In this document: positions 14,844 through 28,706 of the stretch, in pieces
Layout: each line of letters begins with the position of its first letter
How positions within the stretch are numbered: the first letter of the stretch is position 1
Source of the DNA: Azolla caroliniana
Lineage: Eukaryota; Plantae; Polypodiophyta
Assembly: GCA_043228905.1 (NCBI GenBank)
Contig: JBHGNT010000003.1
Coordinates: 26,040,001 to 26,104,000 of the forward strand
DNA length: 64,000 nt
Reading direction: 5' to 3'
The notes under the pieces: model-generated
Databases searched by the model: none
Seen by the model: the letters and a program-made list of their open reading frames with translations, nothing else
What the model was told of the DNA's origin: nothing
Program-made: the position numbers and the translations under genes

Positions 14844-15722
14844 TGTCGTGCCTTTCGGCGCCGGATCGTTGCATGAGTCGAGTGAAAACCGTCGATGTTA
14901 TGGACTAGGAGGAGGAGAATTTTTAGGTAGAGAAGAATATGAATAGTTTGAAAGAGAACAATATAGAAAACTCGTGAATCCCACGAGTATAGTTTATTAA
15001 TTTAATCACCCCCTAGAACCCTAATAGTAGATTGGAATAGATTGGAAAATAGAGATAGAAAACTCGTGAATCCCACGAGTATTAATAATTATTTAGACCC
15101 TAATAATCACCCCTTTTTTTTTCTACATTGTGCTCCACATCCTTAATAGTGATGGGAAAGGCTAAGTAGATCTTACCACATAACAATCTATGCTCTTTCT
15201 CTAACTATGGACTTTATGCTTTTTCATTAACTATGGACTATATGCTTTTTTCTAACTATAGACTTCATGCTTTTTCTTCTAACTAAAGTATTCATGCACA
15301 CTATGTGCATGAGTAGTTTTTTCTATTATGTTTGTCCTAACTATAATGTTCATGCATGATAGATGTGCATGAGTAGCTTTTTCTAAAAGTGTTCATGCAC
15401 ACTCGATGTGTATGAGTAGCTTTTTCTTTTTATCATGCTTTTTTTTCTTACCATAGTGTTCATGCACGCTAGATGGGCATGAGTAGCTTTTTCCTAGAAA
15501 TATGCATGAGGATAACATTTTGTACATTGAAAATCTACTCTTTTTATAGTTATGGTGTGTTAGCACAATGATAAGGTTTGGGTTTGTTAACATGGTGGTA
15601 TAAAGTTTGAATCTTGCTATGTGTATGTAACATATATTTTAATATTTTCTTCTTTTTCTTCATACTTATTCAATCAGTTATTTCATACTTTTTTCACGTA
15701 GTGTACAAATTACACTACGACA
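14844..15722 (-). mobile_element. Solo-LTR-like element, family B, 4-bp TSD TCGT (ACGA on the element strand)
   Basis: Termini TGTCGTG...TACGACA; tcgt at 14840-14843 and 15723-15726; removal restores LINE frame LPLKCR|GLAKGNCFFC; minus-strand TATA near 15545; internal tandem repeats and two hairpins. Confidence 0.85.
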
Positions 15723-16244
15723 TCGTGGACTAGCAAAGGGTAATTGCTTCTTTTGCACAATTCAAATGCAAGATAGTACTCATCGATTTATACAATGTTG
15801 GATTGCTTGTCAGATTTGGAGTTACATTTCTCGAATTTGGCAAGTTTTATCACGGTGTTATTTGACACCTAGATAGTGGGTGTTTGCACAATTTACATAG
15901 GTTGACCCAAAATCAGAGATGGAGATCGTTTTCCTATTTTTGAGATATTGAGGATTGCGTCATAATTGGGACATACGCAATGCTTTTGTATTCGATAGTA
16001 GACATGGAGTGAAAGCATATCTACAAAAGTTGAAGGGAGTACTAATGTGGCAATTTTCTTTATTGGACCAAGTGGAGTGTTCATCTTGCCTATTAGCAAT
16101 TCAACATGTTCCACTACCCATGTAGTGTAGATATTGGGTGACCATACTCCATTGTCACACCCATTGTAAGTTGTGTTTTTCACACACATTTATTAATATA
16201 ATTGTGTGTTTTCACCAAAGAGAGAGAGAGAGAGAGATGCCCAG

Positions 16245-16315
16245 ATGGATGTAGCTCAGTCGATAAGGTTGTCCAATGGAGACCGTGGGCATGGGTTCAA
16301 CCCTTAACATTCAAC
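16245..16315 (+). other. tRNA-like (pseudo-tRNA or SINE head) sequence
   Basis: A box tagctcagtcga, B box ggttcaaccc, acceptor-like pairing atggatg/cattcaa; anticodon arm degenerate. Confidence 0.55.
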
Positions 16316-18124
16316 AGTGGCATCTAGTGAAATACGAGATATCTATAGAGTAATAAAAAGGTGAGAAAATTGGGTTCAAACCCAAGATGTAGTGTTATTA
16401 GTGTAAACGCCTTACCACTAAGGTAAGCTTTTAATTACCACTACAGGTAGAGGGAGGTATTAGATCTCTCACTATACGCTCCTAACAATATTCATATTTG
16501 TCGCCTTTTTATACAACATTATATCCCTTTTTGTTTTCATACAACAAGTCCCTCTTCTTGATTTCTATATATTCAAATTAGCACAATTCACTTTTTCCAT
16601 TCCAACTTCATTGCTAGAAATTTGTACCCTTAGTAAGTAGTTTTTATATTGTACCTTTACCCCATACTATGCATTTGGGTCAATGAGAAAAATCAAATTC
16701 TCTTTATTTATTTCTCTCGTGAGAATGCTTAATAAAACACATGCACACACACTCAAACACTCACAATTACTTGTGGGTTTTATGGAAGTTCTCTCTCAAA
16801 GTTGTAGTCAAATTTGATGGACGGCCATGAGGATGTTGTTACTCTTTGTGAAAGGGAGGGGGTATGTATGTTCTCCTTAGAATCAAGTTTGCAACGTTCA
16901 ACAACTACCTGGCTTGACAGTTGTGCATTTATATTGCTTAATTAGAGCTTAATTAATTCTTCCTTAATGTGGCCAAATGGGCACTACATTACAAGTTATC
17001 TTGCCTACTTCAATCTTGTTGTAGACGTATTTATACAAGGACACTATGTAATTGAGGATAAATCATATCTTGATACTTTTTTTTTTCCATTGGTATTAAA
17101 ATAGTCCACTATTACAATGAATATTATATGTGAATGTGGTTGCATCAAGTTTTAGACCTGATTTCAACATATATTTGAGACATTGGACAACCATATATCC
17201 ATCTTGGTTTATTCCAAACATTCCATAACACATATCTCATGCAAAGAGACCCTTGAAGATAATCCATGCTTCATGGGCTTCACCACATTTTGCATATAAG
17301 TCGACCAACACATTTTGAATACATATCAACTAGGGCATTCCCAACAATGCAGTCTGTCTCAACCAAACCTTTTCTTTCAATACTAGCATGTATTGACTTG
17401 CCCTTACCCATGGCTCCAATCCTACTACAAGTTATGCATGTGTAAGTGATAACATCTGGACATACTCCTCTTTCTTGCATCTGCCCAAAAATGTTCAATA
17501 TTTCCTCACCAAGACCACCACCATGTTTCATGTATCCTACTAACCAAGGCATTTCCAGCTCCAGTATCTAGAATTTGTTTCACAGCTTATTGTTTCAATC
17601 ATAGCATGTATTTCCCTAACCTTCCTAGTGGATTTAATGATACCAGAAGCTTTCAAGGTACATGCAAATGTTAAAATATATGGAGAAACACCCTCAAGCT
17701 GCATTTGCTTAAAGCACATAAGTGCTTCCACAACATGCCCATTTTCAACATACCCTGCAAGTAATGAAGTCCATGAGAGTGTATCATACAATAAAATGTT
17801 AGCAATGGTGTCTTGTGCCTTGACAAGTGCTTTCAGAATGCAAATATAAGTTATAGCATTTGGAGAAATACCAAGAATTTGCATATGCTCGAAACAAATC
17901 AATGCTTCCTCATCATGGTCATGTTCAACATTTGGCATACAATATAAACCAATGCACTATTAAGTACAAGATCTTTCTCCAATAGCCCCTTCTTTATAAT
18001 CTAGATATGTAATTCTTTTCCTCTCTCTCCACTGCTAATTCTATTACACATCTTAAGACTAGATGTGAACATAATAACATTACCCTCAAGTAGCATTTGA
18101 TCAAAACTACTAATTTTCTCCTAG

Positions 18125-21100
18125 TGTTGGCGTAAAAGGCCGACTCCCTCCACTTTGTATCCTAGGGTGAACTCGTCCACATAGTTAGGGCTTAGTATAT
18201 AAGCAATAACCTAACGTTGTAAAGAATAATCTTCTTGACTATACATTGTATATCGAGTCTTTGAGAGAGTAAGACAGAGAACGTAATAGAGCTTCCATTA
18301 AAGCTTCAATCTGTGTATATCTTTGCTTCTCTTTCTGTGTTGTTTTCTGAGTACAAACCAAGACAGATCCTCATACACTTACGCTTCAACTGGTATAAGA
18401 GCGATCTGCTACTCGGCGGCAACAGAGAATAGAAAAGGCTAAAAGAAAAGACTAGGTTAGTAAATCTCACTTCTGAAAGAATCGTGGTATCAACATTTGG
18501 TACAAGAGTTGAGATCCAAAAATTCAACGGCAAAAATTTTGCCCTATGGAAGGAGATGATGCAGGACATACTGATTATTCGAAGGCAGGTCGAGGCCATT
18601 CGACACTCTGAAAAGCCTGCTTCAATGTCAGCTGATGAGTGGAGATCAACAGACGAAATCACACGCTCCACCATTCGAATGCACCTAGCCGAAAAATTCT
18701 ACTTCAGCATGGCAAAAGAGACGACAACATTCTCACTATGGGAGAAACTACAAGCCGTGTACGAGAAAAAATCCTCATCTTCGAAACTGATTTTGATCAA
18801 ACAATTGTTCAACATGAAGATGACAGAGACTGATCCGGCTACCTCCCACATCAACACCTTCAACCGAGTGTTGTCAGAACTCTCCTCACAAGGGATCAAC
18901 TTCGAAGAAGAAGTGAAAGACCTTGCCCTCCTATCGAGTTTGTCGGCGAGTTGGGAGGTATTCTGTACGACATACGCAATAGTCGACCGATCGTAAATCT
19001 GAATGAGACGATCGGCCAAGTCCTCACCGAGGACATTCAGCGAAAATCGATGGGACTTACCATCGATGAATCCGCAGAAGCCCATCACTCAGCCGAGTCG
19101 TTTGACCGATAGAGTCCTACAAGAGAACAAGCCGACAGAACCGTTTGGAATACCAACCGATCAAAAATAAGGGGAGACCGACAACGGTCGAAGTCGAGAA
19201 CGGGCCGATCAGGTGAATTCTGCACACACTGCAGAAAACTTGGCCACAATGTTTCCGATTGCTAGTCAATCAAGAGGAAAGAGGGTGGTTGGCGATCCGA
19301 GCAGAATTGAGGACGACCCGACCCGGACCACTCTCCAATTGGCAACCAAATCAACGTCGCCAACTCCTGATCAAGAGAAGTTCTCTCCTTAGAGAATTCA
19401 GTGATCGGAGAAGTCCTCTATAGTGCACAGGATGCACACATGTGGCTACTGGATTCCGGTGCCACATTCCATGTGACCCCCAACATTGAATGGTTTTCGG
19501 ACTATTTAGCCGACACCAGTGGTACAGTCCGTCTAGGCAACGAGCATGAGTGCAGAATTGCAGGGACCGAAGAGGTTCCCATCCGATTGCCAAATGCCAA
19601 CACAATAACCCTGCACCGAGTTCGGCATGTACTTGATTTGAAAAGGAGTATGGTCTCCATCGGCATGTTAGCCGAAGACAGGTACAAAAAGACTCTAAGT
19701 GAGTCAGTATGGATGATCAGCTGAGGAAACTTGAAGATAGGAGGCGGGAACAAGTATAACAACCTGTACCCATTAATGGCGATCAATCTAGAAGGGGTCG
19801 TGAACTTAGCCGAAAAGACCAACCCAAACTTATGGCACCGCCGACTCGGTCACATGTCTCAAGCCGGACTTGATCGGCTGATGGCGGTAGGCTACATCCC
19901 AAAACTCCAAGCGAAGACGGACTTCTATGAGCATTGTTGATATGGGAAACAGGCCCGAAGTCCGCACACTCTCCACTACGAGACGGTACGACAACCCCTA
20001 GAGCTTGTGCACACAGATATATGCGGGCCCATGCCAGAGCGATCACTAGGAGGCTCCCGATACTTCTTTACCTTTGTAGATGATTGTAAATGGAAGGTCT
20101 GGGCCTACTTGATAAAGTCCAAAGACGAAGCGCTCGAGGTCTTCACTCGATGGATATCTGAGGTGGAGAATTAGTCGGAACAGAGAGTGAAGACACTCAG
20201 ATCCGACAATGGAGTTGAGTACACCTCCAAAGCCTTCAAACAATACCCGACCAACAAAGGGATTTGACATCAAAAGACCATTCCCTATACACCCATGCAA
20301 AATGGAGTGGCAGAACGGATAAACAGAACGATCCAAGAGAGGGTGACTGCAATGCTTCAGCAAGCCAGACTGAAGCTGGAATTCTGGGCAGAAGCATTGC
20401 AGAAGATAGTATACCTGATAAATCTAGGGTTGTCAAGAGCAATTAGGCTTGATGTGCCACAAGCACTATGGTTAGGCAAACAACCGACCTACGATAGGCT
20501 CTGTATATTCAGATGTGAAGCCTACACATTCATCCCTAGGGATAAAAGGACAAAATTGGCACCCCATGCAATGAAATGCATATTTCTCTGTTATGGAACC
20601 GATGGGGAATTCGGCTACAGGCTATGGGACCCTGAGAACCGGAAACTGATCCGGATCAGTGGCGTAGTCTTCTATCTTCTCTCAATGACGTAGTCTTCAA
20701 TGAAGACTCTATCTTCTCTTAGCGGAACCAATCGGTATCCTTCCAAGAGGACAGAGACGTCGTAGAAGGACAGACCCACCGAGCCAACTCAGAGATTCGA
20801 CAAACAATTGAACTCGAACAAGCCAACAACATACCTGTCGATTCTGAATCGGTAGCAAGTCCACTAGTCGAACTCGAAGACAAAGCCATCAACGATAGAG
20901 CCGACTCGACAAGACTTGAAGCAGGCCAAGTCAACAAGATGCGAGTACGAAACAGAACCGAGTCGACAAAGTCCACAAGGGAGGACTGTTGGAGACGAGG
21001 TCGTCAATGCGGAAGATCAAGAAGCATTCGAGTCTTGCTGAATACCTGCGTATGACTGTTTCTATGTCGTTTAACAGAGAGAGAGTGAGAGAGAGAGAGG

Positions 21101-23515
21101 CACAAAAACTTTCTTATTTCTCAAAGCACTAATACAACATCCAACCTTACAAAAAGGTTACAAGGTCACTATATATAGTGACCGACTTAGGGCAACTACC
21201 CTTTATGCTAATTACATAAATGGCCAAAACGGGATAGTGTGAATACGTCCATTATACACATGTATTCGACAAGGACAACGTGACACCACCGAAATCGCGA
21301 CTTAGGGGCAGGTCAGCTAACAAGACTCCTGACACAAATGGTTCAAGAAATACCGATTGCCCAACCGAGTCGATCGAAGAATCCGAACCACTTATCTTGG
21401 CACCTAGGAGATCTGGACGAGCTCGAAGGTCAATAGAGTTCTTTCAACCGCCTCGACTATGTCAACTACACTGACACAGGCAAACCAAGCACTTATGAAG
21501 AAGATATGGCCGCAACGGATGCCGATACATGGCTACAAGCCATGAAATCTGAAATGGACTCGATTCACAAGAATCAGACATGGGAGCTGGTTGAACTACC
21601 AACTAGAAAGAAGTCGCTACCTTGCAAATGGGTTTTCCGATACAAATATGTATCTGACTCAGAAAAACCCAAGTACAAAGCTTGGCTTGTCGCAAAGGGA
21701 TTCAAACAAGAATACGGGGTCAACTACGACAAGATATTCTCACCAATAGTCAAGATGACCACCCTCCGACTCTTACTCGGAGTTGTGGCGATAGAAGACC
21801 TAGAGCTAGAGCAGTTGGATGTAAAGACAACATTCCTACACGGAGATCTGGAAGAAGACATCTACATGTCTCAACCGGCAGGGTTCACGGTGATGGGGGA
21901 GGATAGTAACCTCGTATGTCGGTTAAAGAAAAGTCTATATGGCTTGAAACAATCGTCGAGGATGTGGTACCCGAAGTTTGATTCCTACGATCTGACTCCG
22001 ACCCATGTATGTATATTCGGCAACTGGCCGACGAGTCTAGGATTTATCTGATCCTATACGTTGACGACATGCTGATTGCAGGAAGCAATCATGCAGAGAT
22101 TGGAAAGTTGAAGCGGAGCCTTCACGACAAATTCACGATGAAGGAACTCGGACAAGCCTGTCACATACTAGGCATGAGGATCGAGCGAAATTGGATGACC
22201 AAGACTCTCCGACTCTCCAAGTCCGACTATATCCGGAAGGTGTTGAAGCGCTTCAATATGGAGAATGTGAAGCCAACACCAACACCACTTCCGACGTCGA
22301 TCTGACTATCGGACAGAGACTCTCCTTCAACGGAAAAGGAGAGAGAGCTTAATGGAAAGATGCCCTACGCATCGGTCGTAGGAAGTATCATGTACACAAT
22401 GGTGGCGACCCGAACCGACCTAGCCTATGCCATAGGAGTGGTTAGCTAGTACATGTTAAACCCAAGACGGAAGCATTGGGAGGCCGTCAAGCACATCTTT
22501 AGGTACCTGAGAGGGATAGAAGATACACCACTGACTTTCAGATTGACAACCTCAGCCAAACTCGAAGGCTACACTGATTCCGACTATGCCGAGAATACGG
22601 ACAATCGGAAATCGACATCAGGTTACATCTTCACCTATGGTGGCGGTGCGATATCATGGAGGTTGAAACTTCAAGAGTGCACAACTCTGTCGACCACAGA
22701 AGCCGAGTACATAGCAACATCAGAGGTAGCGAAGGAAGCGATTTGACTGCATCGATTGTCTGTCGACTTCTCAGCTATAAGCCAAACCGACTGACCTGCG
22801 CCAACCATCTATTGCGACTCACAGAGCGCAATACACCTCATCAACAATCCTGTGTATCACGCAAAGACGAAGCATATTGAGGTGCTCACAATCGACAAGA
22901 TGCTCGAAGTCCGAAAGATCGACACCGAGGTGAACATCGTCGATTTCCTGAGAAAGCCACTCCTAGATCAACGCTTCGGAGCACTAAGGACAAAGATGGG
23001 ACTACGACAAGAAACCGAGTAGAAGAAAGTCGAAAGAGGAGAAGAAGGTAAGAGTCGACCGAATCAATCATGATAATGAGCCATGCTAGGCTCGACACGG
23101 ACCTCACCTATGCCGACTCAACTATATGCCGACCAACTTGTAACATAAATCTAGATTAGTGTTGCAATCTAAGTTTACGGCAGATACAACCCCAAACACA
23201 TGTACATGTAGGAAAGAGTAGTCCTTTTACGGGGGAGTTTGTTGGCATAAAAGGCCGACTGCCTCCACTTTGTATCCTAGTGTGAACTTGTCCACATAGT
23301 TAGGGGTTAGTATATAAGCAATAAACTAACGTTGTAAAGAATAATCTTCTTGACTATACATTGTATATCGAGTCTCTGAGAGAGTAAGATAGAGAACGTA
23401 ATAGAGCTTCCATTAAAGCTTCAATCTGTGTATATCTTTGCTTCTCTTTCTGTGTTGTTTTCTGAGTATGAACCAAGACAGATCCTCATACGTTTCCGCA
23501 TACACTTACGCTTTA
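18125..23515 (+). mobile_element. Full-length but non-functional Ty1/Copia retrotransposon
   Basis: LTRs 18125-18388 and 23240-23515; 5-bp TSD CCTAG; PBS tggtataagagc at 18391; PPT gggggag at 23231; gag (EIQKFNGKNFALWK), protease WLLDSGAT, LWHRRLGHMS, integrase, RT LYVDD, RNase H; stops and small deletions. Confidence 0.97.
20987..21271 (-). mobile_element. Solo LTR (285 bp) nested in the Copia element, 5-bp TSD AGGAC
   Basis: TGTTGG...TCGACA termini; aggac at 20982-20986 and 21272-21276; orientation inferred from composition. Confidence 0.85.
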
Positions 23516-24039
23516 CCTAGATCATTACCTTGTTTGATGTAACCCAGTATCAAAGCAATCCACAACCTTGTATCTCGAAATCGAAGCTTTAAAAATAATA
23601 TGTTGATACTTCATTGGCACCAACACTTGTTTATGGGATATAACATCTTTAAGCAAATGTAAAGACCTTCAAAATGCACAAAGTTTTATTCTTGTGAAGT
23701 TTTGTCAAGTCAAGATACAAAGTTCATACATGCTAATCAAATCTATACATTGGGCCTCTTTCATTATCTCCATTGCCAACGAACCAACCAACCATCACTC
23801 ATTAACCCTCATCTTTACATGTGGATAGAGGCCTAGGGCTTTTCCACAAGCGTGTGATGCAACCATCATGGCATTTGGTTAATTGATGTGAAGGTTACAA
23901 AGGAACCATGGAGGCATCAAGATAGATCAAGCTTGAGATCTTGTTGATGGCATATGACTTGGAGGAGATGATAGAGATAGATTGAAGCACTTGATTTTTC
24001 TGTTTGTGTGGCAATTAGTTCCATTGAATGCATCAAGGT

Positions 24040-24640
24040 GACATTAATGGAGTCCTAAAGTACACGAAGAAGGCATCAAAAATGATAACAATAATCAAAG
24101 AAGACATGGATTATGTTCAAGGCTATAATTAGTATATGGTAGAATAAGGATTTGAGACATCCAATGAAGTGATGTTGAAAGGAAGTGGAACACAATGTAA
24201 GAAGAGGATAAAGGATGATTAGGTTCTTGTCGAGTGGATTGGCAAAGGTGAAAACCTCAAGACCTAAGGTTGACTATCATGTCTTTGAGTGACTATCTTG
24301 TTGACAAGTTACAAAACACATGAATTGTAGGAGATTATACATGTGGAGTACTTGATACATCTATTTTTGTGGTAATCGATTCCAATGTTGACAGTAATGG
24401 AGCCCCAAAGTACATGAAGAAGACAACAATGATAACAACAATCAAAGAGGACGTGGAATTGTTCAAGGCTACAATGAATATATGGTAGAATAAGGGTTTG
24501 AGACATCCAATGAAGTGATGCCAATGGAAGTGAAACATGATGCAAGACGAGGCTCAAATATGATTAAGAGTAGTCATTTAGTGAATTGGGAAAGGTGAAG
24601 AACTCAAGACCTAAGGTTGACTATCATGTCTTTGAGTGAC
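24040..24640. repeat. Old diverged direct duplication (~350-bp period), with a fainter third copy near 25600-25720
   Basis: aatggag.cc.aaagtaca.gaagaag...tatggtagaataagg.tttgagacatccaatgaagtgatg...ctcaagacctaaggttgactatcatgtctttgagtgac occurs twice. Confidence 0.75.
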
Positions 24641-26319
24641 ATGAAAAATAAAGCAGGGATAAATAAAGAAGATAAGACTAATGTCAACAAGAATGAAGAA
24701 AAAGAAGTTGAAAAGAAGGAAAGTACAAAAGAATCATGACTCATGAGGCTCAAAAAGAAGAAAAAATACAAGAAAGGAAGCATGAAGACAAAAATAAATA
24801 AGAAGATGAGGAGGTAGAAAAGAAACATCAAGAATATAAGGGAGAATAGAGGGAATGTGTACACCCCTCAAAGAAATTCAAGGGGATGAGTTTGGGATAT
24901 ATGGGTGTGATGCATGATCTTGGGAATGTCCTCGAAAATGTTGGAGATTGTCATCACATCCTCAGCCTATGGAAGTGACCAAATGTCAATCTATGTGAGG
25001 GAATTTGATATGGTGAACCTAACTACTCATATGTCACAATCATCTTACTAAGTTTCAAAATGTTCTTCTCTAGGATGTGGTGCATTTGCATGCTATGTTG
25101 GACAATTGGAAATAAGATTTCTTTCAATATTTTGCCTGTAAATTTATTTGGAAAATAAAGACTTTCACAAATCTTCAATTCATTTTTTATCTTTATACAT
25201 CTCCTCCAAACTTTGAGGCTTCAACCTCTTCCATCATGCGTTTCTTTTGTTTGTTTACATTATTTGATTTTACAGCTCCCAACTCCATTATATCCATTAG
25301 TTATCAATTGTCACTCCTAACCTCTCCTCTCCATTTGTGATGCATCTGTTCCAACGTCTAGTGAACACAATATGAGCATTATATAAGATCGAGCCTATTC
25401 GTAAGCATGCAATGCAACTCAAATATGGTGAACAATATGCGAAGATCTTGGGGTGGACAAGAACACACCAAGACATAAAAAGCTAGAGATCTTGGTGATT
25501 TCATATGACTCAGAGGAGGCAATAGAGGTGGAAGGTGGACTCAAGCATTAAATACTTCAATTTGTGTGAAAATCGGTTCAAATGTTGCATTGAGCCGGTG
25601 ACATCAATGGAGCACATAAACTAATGTATATGAAGGCAAGAAGAATGATGATAGCAATCGTAAACAAATGAAGTATGTTTGGTGCTATTATGATAATATG
25701 GTAGAAGGACTTCAAGCATTCAAGAAGCAAATGAAGAAGATGGGAAAGTACATTGATTGCACAAAGGTGAGTTGATAAGTTATGACAAACACATTCAATG
25801 GGGTCAAAGGGGTATCCAAATGATCAACAAACTAGGAAATTTGTTGGTTGTAGATAAAGATGATAGAATCTAATCCACCGTTATTTAATATGAATAACAT
25901 CAACAAAACCTTTACAAATCAAACTTGATGTGAGTGAAAATATGGGGGATGGTTTTCATCTACTAATACATGAAGAAAACAATTCAGAAAGATGTCAGAG
26001 TGTCATGGAATTGGGTGATCTCTCTTTAAAGTTTCATGTACAAAAGGATGTGCAGGTTTAGTAGGGTTTATTGCGTTGCCAATAACATATGACATGGACT
26101 ACCTCTAAACCAAGCATACTTATCAATTTCACTAAGGGTATGAGAACAAATAAATCAAATCAAGGTCTAGACAATACCTACATATTTGTACATAAATGCT
26201 AAAATTTTGGCTTAGGAAAGTATTGTAACTACTAAGAGGTGATAATCCTACGTGTATATATATAGTTTGGGATTTGTATAAAAGTAAAATAACATATATT
26301 ATTTTAGGGCACTAATCTT

Positions 26320-27517
26320 TCTTTTTTTCAAAAAAAGATACTACATTAGTACTCGAAAACGCCATAAGGCTATACATACAAGATATACCACAGATCCCCT
26401 GTATTTTTCTAAATTCTAACCATCAGCTTAAATCAATACTTTGGTGCTGAGTAAAACCACTCCACCTTATCAACAAGCCACCTATAAAATATACCTACGT
26501 CCCAGATGGCATGAAACTCCAAACGCTTAAGCACTGCTTGGTGAGTATTACCTTTTATGCTATCCAACAACCCTATGAGATTATGCACAATCTCTATCCA
26601 AATTCCCGAAATTTTTTGGGAAGGTCTTTCAGTCACATTTTGAAATACCTTCAAACATCGAGCCTTCCAAATATACCAAATTGTAATACTACTTACCAAT
26701 TGCCATATTTGAGGTTTATCAGTTTGTATTTGTGGATTCAAAGGGATCAAATTTTTTCCATCAAACCATATCTCATCACAATAGCATCTACAACCTCCTC
26801 CTGTTTATATACCATAGGTTTATCATGTACCACCCACCGCCCATAATACTCCACCCCATGTATACACTGCTCTAGGATATACTGGAGTTAATAAATTTAT
26901 TATTCGTTTCCATATGTCCATAGCAAAACCACAACTCCATAAACAATGTTTAGCAGTCTCTACTAAATCCGTACAAAAAGGGCACACCTTGTCTACATTT
27001 CCTTTTCGCCACCCATTAACTGGTATAGCTTTATGAACCAACAACCATCGAAAACAAACAATTTTCCTACTCATTTTTATACCCCATAGCCATTTCCAAT
27101 TTTGTTTGGGATGTTGTGGAGAAAGTCCATTTTGTCTCCAAAAAACATTTGCAGTTGGCTCTTTCCATGATCTAGCACATAATATTTTCCTACCAATCTT
27201 CACAAAATATTAAAAGAAAGGCACATATTTTATGTGATCTTGCACCCACACCTTCCAATACAGTTCTCCAGGATCCCACGTTAATCTAGATATCGGTCTC
27301 CTTTCCATAATCCAAATCCTCCAAAAAGAATTCATCTTTTGAGGATTCGGGTCTAAGACCCAATTTGATCCATCATTTGCAATCACCCTCACTTCTTTAT
27401 GCAAACAAAACCTAAACATATTATATTCCTTAGGTGTAAAGATTAACCTACCACCATCTTGTACATAAAAAATCATACACTCTTGTTCCCCAATATAGGC
27501 TTTAACTCCAATTAAAC
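26320..27517 (-). mobile_element. 5'-truncated L1-type LINE (zf-RVT/3' end) with 16-bp TSD
   Basis: CFRWLLVHKAIPV..CPFC..ETAKHCLWSC and WYIWKARC; ttagggcactaatctt at 26304-26319 and 27518-27533; short A-rich tail. Confidence 0.92.
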
Positions 27518-28244
27518 TTAGGGCACTAATCTTCTGTAATTAGTTTGGAAATCATGAAGGACCAAAGTGATTTTCTACCTTTTAGGATTAACTTTGGGGG
27601 TGGGGGGGGAGGGGGTTGTTTGAAAAGATCACATGCTCCAACCATAAACACTCCGTAGCATGTTAGACAAGGTGGAACAAAGCCAACAAAGCTTTCTATA
27701 TTTATCTTCATGTCTCCTAAACCCTAAACCTCAACATGCAACATGGTCGTAATGGTGCAAAGTGAATGCAAGATATGAAGAAATGATTTGGAAGATAAAA
27801 TACCTAACAATTGCTATTTCATGATGCATGAAGAGTTTCATCTCTACATGTAGTGTTTTTCGTAAGAACTAATTATGACATGTATTGAGAGATATGGAAA
27901 CTCATGTTTCAAACATTATACTACATATGTTGCACAAAACTAATCATCTGCCCTCAAAATGTGCAAATTGTACTTACCCATATAAGCTACAATTCCACCA
28001 TTAACACAATTTCTTCTATATGGCTTAGCTCGCTTGAACTTTCATGGAAGATGGGTATTAACGCATAAAACACTAATTAGTAAAAGTCTTAAACACCAAA
28101 AGTCACTTACCAACTCCATATATGGATTTTTTTACCTCCATGATGATATAACACTAATTTCGGGAACCCAACTTTGACTATCATGGGCTCAACCCCATTA
28201 TATCATTGCCCCATGGATATTAATTATTTACTTTCTCTCTACAC

Positions 28245-28706
28245 AAATATACAAGCTCTCTACCAAAGCATTGTTGTGGTGTGGCTTGTGCGAAGGGAGA
28301 ACAAGGAGGTGTTTGGTAAATATACAAGCTCTCTACCAAAGCATTGTTGTGGTGTGGCTTGTGCGAAGGGAGAACAAAGATGTGTTTGGTAAATGTGCAT
28401 GCCAAGACATATACTTTAGCAAAATAAGGTGCCCATGTAAGGGTAAGATCAAATGCATGTTTAAAAAAACATTGGTGCCAACTATAAGAAGCACCACTAT
28501 TTTTATCCCATAAAGTAGCGGTGCACATTAGAAGAGGACCACTACTTTCATTCCATAAAGTAGCTCAAAAATGCTATAACACGAGCAAGAGAGTTCATTG
28601 TTAAGTTTGTCGGGTGCACGCTAGGAGAGGACCACTACTTTTTTTCCATACAATAGCTCAAAAATGCTATAACATGAGCAAGAGAGCTCTTTGTTAAGTT
28701 TGTCGG
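28245..28706. repeat. Two adjacent tandem duplications (2 x 73 bp at 28245-28390; ~93-bp period at 28533-28706)
   Basis: Direct repeats aaatatacaagctctctacc... and agaggaccactacttt...gtttgtcggg. Confidence 0.85.

Larger units (their letters stand above)
17080..23790 (-). pseudogene. PPR (PLS-type) pseudogene split by the Copia insertion (PPR parts ~17080-18119 and ~23521-23790)
   Basis: SWTSLLAGYVENGHVVEALMCFKQMQLEGVSP, VGNALVDMYSKC; LWIALILGYIKQG continues across the CCTAG insertion site; stops and frameshifts. Confidence 0.85.

Noticed and set aside
15200-15500. CRISPR-like periodic repeats (also 29385-29590 and 53634-53727)
   Set aside because: Eukaryotic context, no unique spacers and no cas genes; these are ordinary tandem repeats.
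16245-16315. Functional tRNA gene
   Set aside because: The anticodon arm and T stem are degenerate; kept only as tRNA-like.
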